Below, in pieces: positions 6,742 to 14,970 of a stretch of DNA of 38,743 nucleotides (its first letter is position 1; the number at the start of each line of letters is the position of its first letter). Below the pieces are notes generated by a model, which did no database searches, had not been told where the DNA came from, and was given only the letters and a program-made list of their open reading frames with translations. The stretch is from a virus (taxonomy: Duplodnaviria; Caudoviricetes). The stretch is taken from the IMG/VR virus record IMGVR_UViG_3300023053_000014, positions 1-38,743 of that record. The stretch is one strand, 5' to 3'. Both the position numbers and the translations under genes were made by a program.

Positions 6742-6790
6742 CGAATCGTCATATGCCTCCTCGGAAATCTGCGGCAAACATTTGCTCCCC

Positions 6791-6991
6791 TCAGTCCCTC
6801 GGATCGGGAACAGCAGCCCGGCCACCGCGGCCCTTGGATACACGCCAGGCGATCATGGCGAGACCGGAGAAGCCCCACAGGACGCACAGGGGAACAGCCC
6901 AGGTCATCCCGTGGCCGTGCGCGTAGATCGCTATAAGGGGGTTGATCGGGGTCATGCCCGCGATCAGCAGGATCAAGAGGAGACGCTGCAT
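6791..6991 (-). CDS. Small membrane protein, last late gene (T7 gp19.5 position)
   Basis: Two hydrophobic segments; position only. Confidence 0.45.
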   Translation of the reverse strand: MQRLLLILLIAGMTPINPLIAIYAHGHGMTWAVPLCVLWGFSGLAMIAWRVSKGRGGRAAVPDPRD

Positions 6992-7050
6992 GGTGGTGAT
7001 CCGTCGAGTGGAGACTCAGGTGGACGTAGGACACACCGTGAGTACATAGG

Positions 7051-7128
7051 ACTATCGATAGTTATCCTTGTTGATGAATAACTATGAATAGTTCTACTAG
7101 GTAAACCTATAGAAGAACTATAGATATA
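7051..7128. promoter_or_regulatory. AT-rich palindrome cluster (possible origin, packaging or operator region)
   Basis: ACTAT-NN-ATAGT at 7051-7062 and 7081-7092; hairpin ATAGTTCT...AGAACTAT at 7088-7121. Confidence 0.5.
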
Positions 7129-7187
7129 CAGGGTAGCACGCCTGTCAAGAGGGGCCGGAGGTCTTCTCCGCCGACCCCATCCTGGTC

Positions 7188-7643
7188 TTACTTCCTGGGT
7201 TTCAGCCAGGTCCGACGTTGGGTGTCGTAAGTGCGAACCGGAGGTCCACTATAGAGGTCCGTGGTGCAAGCCAGGAGTACAGCCTCCGTGGCGGTCTTCC
7301 CATCCTTCATCCCGGCCAGGGCAATCGGTGCGCCACTGCCAGCGACGAACAGGTCGCGGCGGACATCACAGGCGAGACCGTCCTCGCCGTAGTAGGCCAC
7401 CGGGTTCTCCCGCAGGCCGACCACGAGGACGGAGTAGTCACCCATCGAGAGGCGTTCGTCCCCAGCGGCGATCTCTCTGACCGCCTGCTGGATTTCCGAG
7501 GAAGTCCCTGCGCCGAACACGATCAGCTCCTTGCCGTCGTCGGTGGTCACCGCGTAGGACTTGTCCTCCTCGTAGCGGATGCCCCCGGCAGTCACCTGGC
7601 TGTCGATAGCAACCAGGCGACCGTCGTAGGCGAGGGTAGTCAT
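7188..7643 (-). CDS. Ntn-hydrolase, proteasome beta-subunit/HslV-like peptidase
   Basis: Starts MTTLAYDG (Thr1 nucleophile), DSQVT, GSGAPIALAG, EAV..A...DLYSG; ATGA overlap with the upstream gene. Confidence 0.75.
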   Translation of the reverse strand: MTTLAYDGRLVAIDSQVTAGGIRYEEDKSYAVTTDDGKELIVFGAGTSSEIQQAVREIAAGDERLSMGDYSVLVVGLRENPVAYYGEDGLACDVRRDLFVAGSGAPIALAGMKDGKTATEAVLLACTTDLYSGPPVRTYDTQRRTWLKPRK

Positions 7644-7960
7644 CGGCGGACGTTGCGCTCCCAGGCGCGACGGGTGAAGTCCTCCAGGTCGATGCTTCGG
7701 AAGTCGTCGATCACCTCGCTCACGAATCGACGCAGGTGGACGAACAGTCCGACCGGCAGCACCCACACGCAGAAGGTGGGGAGGAGGAACAGGACAACGA
7801 CGGCGAGGTAGTGACCGTAGCTGCGTGCAGCAGTCGCCCGCAGGCGCTCCTTGAAGCTCTCCAGCGCCAGCCCGAGGGAGAGCGCTACGTGCCCCTTGGC
7901 GGTGCCATAGGCGTGCGACAGGAACGCGATGGCGCGGTTGTAGATGGTCTTGATGGTCAC
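7640..7960 (-). CDS. Hypothetical membrane protein, 106 aa
   Basis: Hydrophobic segment YLAVVVLFLLPTFCVWVLPVGLFV; coupled to the lysozyme gene. Confidence 0.65.
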   Translation of the reverse strand: MTIKTIYNRAIAFLSHAYGTAKGHVALSLGLALESFKERLRATAARSYGHYLAVVVLFLLPTFCVWVLPVGLFVHLRRFVSEVIDDFRSIDLEDFTRRAWERNVRR

Positions 7961-8406
7961 AGTTTGGAGTTCCAGAGAATGACCTCCGCTTCGCGGCGGT
8001 CGATGAGTCCTTGCAGGTCCTTGAGGACGCCCTTTACGCGGCCCTTGGTCCAGCGGCGGAGCTGCGTAGGAACGGAGGCGTAGTCGCCAGCGTTGAGCTT
8101 TCGCAGCAGAGTGGATGTGGCGAGATTGCCTTCGCCAAGGTTGAACACGAAGTCGATCAGAGCGGCTTCCTGCGGCGCGCTAAGGGGCACGCGGACGAGA
8201 CGACGGACGGTGGCAGCGGCCAAGGCCAGGTCGGCCTCCAGCAGCTCCACAGCGCGTTGTTCGGTGATGCGCAGACCAGGCTTTACGTCACGGCCAGTGT
8301 GGCCGTAACCGATGGTCCATTTGTCAGCGGGGCAGAGGTACGCCACCAGGCGCAGACCCTCCGACTTCATCGTCAGAGGGCGCGCGAGCTGGACAGCCTG
8401 GGTCAC
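7957..8406 (-). CDS. Endolysin, GH24 lysozyme
   Basis: EGLRLVAYLCPADKWTIGYGHT catalytic motif, FVFNLG, GLIDRREAE. Confidence 0.93.
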   Translation of the reverse strand: MTQAVQLARPLTMKSEGLRLVAYLCPADKWTIGYGHTGRDVKPGLRITEQRAVELLEADLALAAATVRRLVRVPLSAPQEAALIDFVFNLGEGNLATSTLLRKLNAGDYASVPTQLRRWTKGRVKGVLKDLQGLIDRREAEVILWNSKL

Positions 8407-8558
8407 ACCGGGGCGTGAGGATCGAGCTGGCCGCCAGTGACGGGAGCCGTGGGGGTGCCGTCGATGTCGTTGTCGTCGTCATCGCGGTGGCGGAGGAACA
8501 GGTACAGCAGGGCAGCGGCCACGAGGGCCATCAGCCAGGCAGCAAGGGTGTGCGACAT
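8403..8558 (-). CDS. 51-aa single-TM protein with acidic tail
   Basis: MSHTLAAWLMALVAALLYLFLRHRDDDDNDIDG...; AGGAG SD, GTGA overlap with the lysozyme start. Confidence 0.6.
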   Translation of the reverse strand: MSHTLAAWLMALVAAALLYLFLRHRDDDDNDIDGTPTAPVTGGQLDPHAPV

Positions 8559-8567
8559 AGGGGTCTC

Positions 8568-10241
8568 CTAGTACGTGTCGAGGTAGTTGGTGGGGTGGGG
8601 CGAGTTGCCCAGGACGGACCGGATGAAGTCGGCGTACTGCTGATCCAGCAGCTCGGCGGCGTACCGCTTTTCCTCCTCCGTCACGTCGCGGCTCATCTGC
8701 TCGGCCCAATAGTTCACGGCCATTGCGAGCGCATCGAGACGGTCGTCATGCCGGAGGGCACCGCGGTCACGGGTGATGCGGGTGAGCTGGTAGAACAGTT
8801 GGTACTTCTGATCGGACTTCTGATCCGCACGGAGCAACGAGGCATCAACGACCAGGCGATGCTGGTTCAGCACCGGCTCCAGGATGTTGATGATTCGGTT
8901 CTCCTTCGAGGTGCCGTAGTGCTTCACTTCCTCGATAGGGCACGGGTAGATGCGCTGCAGGACGGCCTTGAACAGCTTGGTGAACATGCCGTCGCCGAAG
9001 TTGGCTTCCAGCAGGATCACGGACACCTTCTCGGCTCGTGCGATGTGCGCCAGGGTCTCTAGGGCTTCGTCGTCGAAGCCCGCCTTGGTCGCCCCTGCGC
9101 GGCGCGCATAGAGCATCCCTCGCAGCATCGAGACCACCGCGTAGCCGGTTTCATCGCCACCACGGCCGGACGGGTCGATTGCCATGACCTTGCCCGTGAA
9201 CTCCTCCATATCCGGAGCGACGTACATGGGGCGGTACAGGCGGTCGCCAGTGAACCCGACCGAGGGGATGTCCAGAGCGTACTCGTTGCCCGAGGACCAC
9301 ACAGTGCGGACCGGGGCGACCTCGCGGTCGATGTCCATGACCAGCAGGTCGGAGAGCTTGAGCGGGTAGCGCTCGCTGTCCGACAGGGTGGTGTCCAGCA
9401 TGAACTGGAGCATGAAGCCGGAGCGACCATAGGAGGCCTCTCGCTCCAGCAGGTCCTCATCGGAGAACCGGACGGACTCCGCGTTCTTCCAGGCGAGGCG
9501 CTTGGGATCAGCGTCAAACAAGTCGGCCAACAGCGGAGCCAGGCGGTCGCCGTAGGTGGCACGATGCTTGGCATCCTTGGGGAACCGAGCGGGCCAGATG
9601 CGGATCGCGTAGCCGCGCTCGGGCAGCTTGTTGTAGATCGACTCTTCGGTCTGCGGGGTGCCCAGGTAGACCACTTCGCCACCGGGCTTGAGGACTGCGT
9701 CGAACTCCTTGATGAGTTCGCCCAGCTTCTCTCGCTGCACGATGGTGAGAGAGTTCTTCGGAACCTCGACGTCGTCGGCGACGATGGTGTCCGCACGGGA
9801 GCCGGTGAGCTGCCCCGTGATGCCCACGGATTTCACCGAGGGGGACTGATCGGGCAGCGCCGGGCCGACGTCGAATGCAAGGTTGGAGTTGCGCTGATCG
9901 CCGCGAGGCTTGAGGTGATGCAGCTCGGGCAGCGTCTCGATGAGGCGCTTGACGAACACGGAGAACGAGTCAGCGCGCTCCTTGCTCGCAGAGACCACCA
10001 TGATCTTGTGCTGGGGATTCTTCCAGAGAAGCCAGCAGACGTAGGCCGCCGTTACCCAGGACTTCCCGACGCCGCGATACGCCATGATGATTCGACGGCG
10101 CGGCCCGGATTGCAGGTACTCACAGATGTCGTACTGGATAGGAGTGGGCGTGGGGAGGCCCAGCTCCTTCCAGACGTACCAGGCGAAGTTGCGGAAGTCC
10201 TCGAACGGATGACGAACGTGAAGGCTGGTAATGCCCTCCAC
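8568..10241 (-). CDS. terL: Terminase large subunit (T7 gp19-like)
   Basis: AYRGVGKSW Walker A, GQLTGSRAD..VADDVE, IDPSGRGGDETG, HDDRLDALA. Confidence 0.96.
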   Translation of the reverse strand: MEGITSLHVRHPFEDFRNFAWYVWKELGLPTPTPIQYDICEYLQSGPRRRIIMAYRGVGKSWVTAAYVCWLLWKNPQHKIMVVSASKERADSFSVFVKRLIETLPELHHLKPRGDQRNSNLAFDVGPALPDQSPSVKSVGITGQLTGSRADTIVADDVEVPKNSLTIVQREKLGELIKEFDAVLKPGGEVVYLGTPQTEESIYNKLPERGYAIRIWPARFPKDAKHRATYGDRLAPLLADLFDADPKRLAWKNAESVRFSDEDLLEREASYGRSGFMLQFMLDTTLSDSERYPLKLSDLLVMDIDREVAPVRTVWSSGNEYALDIPSVGFTGDRLYRPMYVAPDMEEFTGKVMAIDPSGRGGDETGYAVVSMLRGMLYARRAGATKAGFDDEALETLAHIARAEKVSVILLEANFGDGMFTKLFKAVLQRIYPCPIEEVKHYGTSKENRIINILEPVLNQHRLVVDASLLRADQKSDQKYQLFYQLTRITRDRGALRHDDRLDALAMAVNYWAEQMSRDVTEEEKRYAAELLDQQYADFIRSVLGNSPHPTNYLDTY

Positions 10242-10490
10242 TTAGTTCAGTCGGCCATCCTGGGCGGGATCGAACGGGTACTGCGTCATCCGGTCCGCCA
10301 CTCGACCCATGGGCGAGCCAGGGACCGCGACGGCGGACACGTCGTTGTCCTTGACGAACTGACGGATGACGTTCAGCAGCGCCGCAGCGCCTTTCTCGTT
10401 GGGGTCGATGTTGTCGAGAGCTTCCTCGAACACCTCGGCCAGCTTCGAGTGGACTGCGGCGATCTTGTCGATGGACGCGGCGCGGCTCAC
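10242..10490 (-). CDS. terS: Terminase small subunit (T7 gp18-like)
   Basis: GTG start MSRAASIDK..., AALLNVIRQFVKDNDV motif, directly upstream of terL. Confidence 0.8.
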   Translation of the reverse strand: MSRAASIDKIAAVHSKLAEVFEEALDNIDPNEKGAAALLNVIRQFVKDNDVSAVAVPGSPMGRVADRMTQYPFDPAQDGRLN

Positions 10491-10756
10491 TTGGACACCA
10501 CGCGGTTGAACAGGGCCTCCAGGGCGGAGGCACCCAGGGATGACAGGATGCACGCGAGTGCAACCTGGGCGACGAAGGAAACGCCGGGGATCAGAATGAC
10601 AATGGCACCAGCGGCTACGCCGGTAGCACCAGACAGAACTGCGCGACCGCAAGCCTGCTTCCAGGTCAGCGGTTCGTTCGAGGTGAGCATCTTGGCGATG
10701 CCCACGATGAGGCCAGCGCCCGCGAGGGCACCGACCAGCTTCACTTCATCGTGCAT
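10487..10756 (-). CDS. Holin
   Basis: 89 aa with 2-3 TM segments, between tail genes and terS. Confidence 0.8.
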   Translation of the reverse strand: MHDEVKLVGALAGAGLIVGIAKMLTSNEPLTWKQACGRAVLSGATGVAAGAIVILIPGVSFVAQVALACILSSLGASALEALFNRVVSK

Positions 10757-10780
10757 AGGTCTCTTGTGTGTAGTGGTGGA

Positions 10781-11266
10781 TTACAGCGGAGTGCCGAAGC
10801 TGTAGTCGTAGTTGCCCGTGAGGGTGATCTGATTGACGCCATCAGAGACGACGACGGTGAACGTGCCGCTCCTGGAGGTGTTGCGTCCGGTTGCGCTGAC
10901 GGTGCCGCTAAGGCCACTGCCGCTGTGCGTTGCGCTGCCCGTTACGGTGCGCGATACGACTGAGTAGTTGCCCGTGCCTCCCGAACAGTTCACGGAGTAC
11001 CCGCGACTGACGGTCCCGTTGGTCGATTGCGCCCACTGGCCGGACAGCCAGCTCGGCGACAGTGACGCCTGGAAGGGGGTTGCCTTCACTGCGCCATAGA
11101 ACTGCGAGGCGTAGATCGCGCCGCTTGTGGGAACGCCGTAGTTCGCAGGGACGTCCGGGACCAAACCTCGGCCCCGGTAATATTGGTCCATGTAAATCGG
11201 ATACCCGCCACCGAACTCGGCACGGATCATTTCCCAGGAGATCGGACCGGAGCCAGGGAGGGCCAT
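10781..11266 (-). CDS. Tail fiber tip / adhesin-like protein
   Basis: MALPGSGPISWEMIRAEFGG...VPTSGAIYASQFYGA N-terminus typical of small fiber-associated proteins; Ser/Gly/Thr-rich beta C-terminus. Confidence 0.65.
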   Translation of the reverse strand: MALPGSGPISWEMIRAEFGGGYPIYMDQYYRGRGLVPDVPANYGVPTSGAIYASQFYGAVKATPFQASLSPSWLSGQWAQSTNGTVSRGYSVNCSGGTGNYSVVSRTVTGSATHSGSGLSGTVSATGRNTSRSGTFTVVVSDGVNQITLTGNYDYSFGTPL

Positions 11267-14200
11267 CAGGCACCTCCCTCAACAACGGCGAGTCGCTTGC
11301 GCAGTGACTGCACTTCGGCGATCAGCAGCGGCACGGCCTTCTCCCACTGGATCGTCTTGATGCCGTTGGCGTGCGTTGCGACCATCAGCGAGTAGACGTC
11401 CTCGGCTTCCTGCGCGATGCCGCCGATCTCATGCTCCGACGCCGGATTGAACGTGGGGTTCAGCTCGGCGATTGCCTCGGGGTTCCAGTCGAACTCGCGG
11501 ACGCGGAACCGGTCGAAGAAGTCGGTCACCTTGGTCGCCGAAGCGTCCACGATGTTCTTCTTGAGGCGAGCATCGGACGCATACGCGACGATGTTACCGG
11601 TGGTGATCCAGTTGTTGTTTCCGTCGCGGTAGGCACACCAGGAGAAGGCGTTGCTGGCGAGGAAGCCCATGTTGTTGTCGTTGCAGTGCAGCCAGTGCGT
11701 CGTCCCGCCGTCCGTATCGTAGAAGCTGATCGTCGGCGAATAGCTTTCCAGCCTCAAGTCGCCTTCGCTGCCGCCACCACCGGCAATCAGTACACGCTTC
11801 CCGCCGTAGGTGCGGATGTACGTATTGTCCTGCATCATCCAGCCGCCGCCGTGGGCTTCGTGATACCAGCCGGTGCCGGACTGCTGCGAGCGGAACCAGC
11901 CACCGTTGAGGTAGAGCTGGTCACCCACGGTCAGGCGGGAGGTGACGTATGCGGCCCCGTTCCACTGGAGGTTGTACGAGCTGTTGGCGTTGTTGCGCGT
12001 GATACTGGCAATGTCGTCGCCAGCACCGTTGGTGCCATGCAGGTACACCGCGCCTGCCGCGCCCATTCCGGTGAGTCGGAGGGGGGAAGCGTTACCAAGG
12101 ACGACCTGTCCCGAGAAAGTTGCGCCGGCAGTCCCGGCCTTAGCGTCCAGGGCCGCCTGGAGACCGCTCACGTCGGCGATGGCGTGCGAGTGCGACGCTG
12201 CCGCAGCACCGATCTCCGCCAGAGTCCACGCCACGTTCGCCGAGCCGTTGACCGACTTCGCAGTCGAGCCGATGGTCAGGTTGCGGGCGGTGCCCCAATT
12301 CGCGGTGGTGATGTTCGCCGAGCCGTTGAATGACGTGCCATTGATGGTCCGAGCGGTGGTCAGCGTGGCCGAGGAGTTTGCAGCGGTTGCCGTGCCTTGC
12401 AGCGGTCCGACGAACTGAGCGGCGGTGAAGCTCCCGTCCGGCTTGAGGACGGCCTGCGATGACGTTGCGGTGTTACCGCCCGGACGCAGGTAGATGGACT
12501 CTTCGCCTGCGGCGATGACAAGCGCGCCAGTTGAAGGCGAGCGGACTACAGCACCAGCGCCCAGGTCGATTACCTGGTCGTTCCCGACGCTAAAGCCTAG
12601 AGAATAGTGCTGCTTACCGGCCCAGGTGTTCGTACCTTCGAGTGTCGCCAGCTCGCGCCAAGGGGCGTTTGTGGTCGTTGCGCAGGTGCGATAGAACAGC
12701 TTGTTGGAGGTGCCGTGGTTTGACAGAAGTTGCAGACCGGTTCCGGACTGATACTTCCAAGTCAGGACCGTGGCGTCGCCGGTGTTCGGGCCACCCGTGG
12801 GCGATTGGTTGTAGAGCGCCGCAGTCGAGGTGGTGATGGCGTCAATGTCGCCACCAGACACCAAGGGCAGCAGGCCACCCGCGTTTGGAGTGAGGGTTTG
12901 AGCGTCGGCCGTCTTGACGAAGCCACTTAGCCGCCAGTCACCCCAGCCTTTGAGGACCGAGGCAGAAAGCAGCCGCGCGGTGGTAGCAGTACCCGCCTGG
13001 AGTTCAGCCGAGGACACCACCGAGTAGGTCGAGTTGGCGTCGGCCTGATTGGTCCACTTGCCGCTGGTGCTGTCGTATTTGAGGACCTGCCCATTCGACG
13101 GAGAGCTGATCGTGGTGTCCGCGAGGTCCGCTACGGCGTGCGTGTGGGTCGCATCAGCTTTGCTGGCGGGGTCGAAGTTGGCGCTATGCCACACCTCTAC
13201 CCAATCCTTCCAGCGCCCGGACGCCGTTGTGTCCTTCGTGTCGTTACGGGAGCGTAGGTAGAACTTCTGCTGCGCTCCGTAATAGGCACCGAGGGCGATG
13301 CCCGTGGCGCTGTCCGGGGACGGAAGAGAAACTGCCAGGGAGAAGGGGCCGGGCAGACCGTTCTGAGCCACGCCAGCACGATACACCGCGATGTCCTTAA
13401 CCCCCGCCTGCCAATCTGCACCCGACGTCAGGAGGACCTTCGAGTCGAGTTCGGTCTGGAGGTTTGTGACGTTGGCGATGGTATGGGTGTGCGAGGTGTT
13501 GGCCTTACCGTCCAGCGCGGCTTGGGTGGCCGTACTGACCGGCTTCGCCAAGTCGGCGGTGTTGTCCACCTTGTCCAGCCCGACCTGCGCCTTGGTGTGC
13601 GTGTGGGTGGAAGCCGGGTAGGTGGAGGGTTTGCCCGTCACCTGGGTGTTGAAGTCCACGTCGTTTCGGGTCGCCAGCGCGCCCAGGCCGCCGATGTCGC
13701 CAGCCACGAGCGTCACGTCGCCTTGCTTACCGGCGACGCTGGACACCTGATCGGTGTTGTCGATCTTCTCCCACGAGACGCCATAGAGTGCTTGGTCACC
13801 GACGCGCCAGTGGATTCCGCTGATCGTGCCTTCGCCGATCACTTTGTAGAAGTGGCCCTTGACCGGGTTCGCCGGGTACTTGCCAGTGCTGGCGTCCCAC
13901 GACCCCATGTAGATCAGGGAACCCGTAGCGGCCGCCTGAGCCTGGGTGGCCCAATGCTTCGCCGAGAATTCACCTGACGAGACCTCGGTGCCAGCCGGGG
14001 CGTTGGCGTAGAGGTTTGCCTTGTCGCGCGCGGCCTCGGCTGCGGTCTTCGCCGACGACGCCGTCTGTGCCGAGGTGGACGCAGCAGCAGCCGATCCAGA
14101 CGCGGCGGAAGCGTGGCCCGCGGCCGTAGTCGCCGAGCCAGACGCCTCGCTCGCCTTGGTGCTGGCGGTAGTCGCGCTGTTCTTTGCGTTGGTGGCTTGG

Positions 14201-14943
14201 GTTGCTGCCGTGGAGGCAGAGCCAGCAGCAGCGGTCGCCGAAGCGGCAGCGGCAGCAGCATCGGCCTCCACAAGATCGGCCACGTCGGTGGTCTCGCCCA
14301 GCACCGTGCGCGCAGACGCCAAGGCGGTCTCCGCCGCCGTCTGAGCGGCCTGGGCCGCAGTGCGTGCGGTCTCCGCCCCGGTCTTCGCCGTGTTGGCGCT
14401 GGTGGCCGAGGTCGCTGCCGCCGTCTTCGAGGTATTGGCCGCAGTGGCAGAGCCAGCCGCAGCGGTGGCCGAGGTTGCAGCCTGGCCCGCAGACGACGCA
14501 GCGTTCGTCGCCGAAACCGACGACCGCCCGGCCGACGTCTCCGCCGCAGCCGCCGAGGCCGCCGCAGCATCCCGATGGGACGTGGTGGTCGTCTCGATGT
14601 CGCGGATGGAATCGGCGGTAGCGGCTGCTTCCTCCGCAGAGTCCGCTGCGTCATTGGCCGAGTTGCGGGCGTCTACCGACAGGCCGGTCACCAAGGTTGC
14701 GATCTCGCGCACCTGGGCAACCGAGCCAGTCAGGTCATCGGTCATCCCCTTGACCTCCTTCTGGAGCTGCGGGAAGGACGGCAGGGTGTGGTTGACGCCG
14801 AGGCCGTCCGTCACAACGACGGTTCCTTCTTCCTGCGTCAGCAGCGAGATCATCTGATTCTCGCGGGTGTTCCAGCGGTCAACGACTTTCGACAGGCGCT
14901 GGGCCAGGTCGGAGTTGGAGACGTAGCCGGGAGTGGTACTCAT
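11266..14943 (-). CDS. Long tail fiber with C-terminal intramolecular chaperone (peptidase S74)
   Basis: Ala/Ser/Thr-rich coiled region, HTHT repeats, ARTINGTSFNGSANI fiber motif, SDARLKKNI autocleavage motif. Confidence 0.88.
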   Translation of the reverse strand: MSTTPGYVSNSDLAQRLSKVVDRWNTRENQMISLLTQEEGTVVVTDGLGVNHTLPSFPQLQKEVKGMTDDLTGSVAQVREIATLVTGLSVDARNSANDAADSAEEAAATADSIRDIETTTTSHRDAAAASAAAAETSAGRSSVSATNAASSAGQAATSATAAAGSATAANTSKTAAATSATSANTAKTGAETARTAAQAAQTAAETALASARTVLGETTDVADLVEADAAAAAASATAAAGSASTAATQATNAKNSATTASTKASEASGSATTAAGHASAASGSAAAASTSAQTASSAKTAAEAARDKANLYANAPAGTEVSSGEFSAKHWATQAQAAATGSLIYMGSWDASTGKYPANPVKGHFYKVIGEGTISGIHWRVGDQALYGVSWEKIDNTDQVSSVAGKQGDVTLVAGDIGGLGALATRNDVDFNTQVTGKPSTYPASTHTHTKAQVGLDKVDNTADLAKPVSTATQAALDGKANTSHTHTIANVTNLQTELDSKVLLTSGADWQAGVKDIAVYRAGVAQNGLPGPFSLAVSLPSPDSATGIALGAYYGAQQKFYLRSRNDTKDTTASGRWKDWVEVWHSANFDPASKADATHTHAVADLADTTISSPSNGQVLKYDSTSGKWTNQADANSTYSVVSSAELQAGTATTARLLSASVLKGWGDWRLSGFVKTADAQTLTPNAGGLLPLVSGGDIDAITTSTAALYNQSPTGGPNTGDATVLTWKYQSGTGLQLLSNHGTSNKLFYRTCATTTNAPWRELATLEGTNTWAGKQHYSLGFSVGNDQVIDLGAGAVVRSPSTGALVIAAGEESIYLRPGGNTATSSQAVLKPDGSFTAAQFVGPLQGTATAANSSATLTTARTINGTSFNGSANITTANWGTARNLTIGSTAKSVNGSANVAWTLAEIGAAAASHSHAIADVSGLQAALDAKAGTAGATFSGQVVLGNASPLRLTGMGAAGAVYLHGTNGAGDDIASITRNNANSSYNLQWNGAAYVTSRLTVGDQLYLNGGWFRSQQSGTGWYHEAHGGGWMMQDNTYIRTYGGKRVLIAGGGGSEGDLRLESYSPTISFYDTDGGTTHWLHCNDNNMGFLASNAFSWCAYRDGNNNWITTGNIVAYASDARLKKNIVDASATKVTDFFDRFRVREFDWNPEAIAELNPTFNPASEHEIGGIAQEAEDVYSLMVATHANGIKTIQWEKAVPLLIAEVQSLRKRLAVVEGGA

Positions 14944-14970
14944 GCGGTAGAGGGTTCCTTGAAGGGTGGT

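Noticed and set aside
6320-6926. ORFs in the putative terminal region (6320-6643, 6384-6926, 6297-6503)
   Set aside because: Low-complexity translations of repeat DNA without SD sequences
7118-7148. Minus-strand TTGACA at 7143-7148 as a sigma70 promoter
   Set aside because: The best -10 (TATAGT) is 20 bp away; no good hexamer at 16-18 bp
13920-14660. Repetitive GCC/GCG-rich tract as a repeat array or CRISPR
   Set aside because: It encodes the Ala/Ser/Thr-rich region of the tail fiber; no constant repeat-spacer structure and no cas genes
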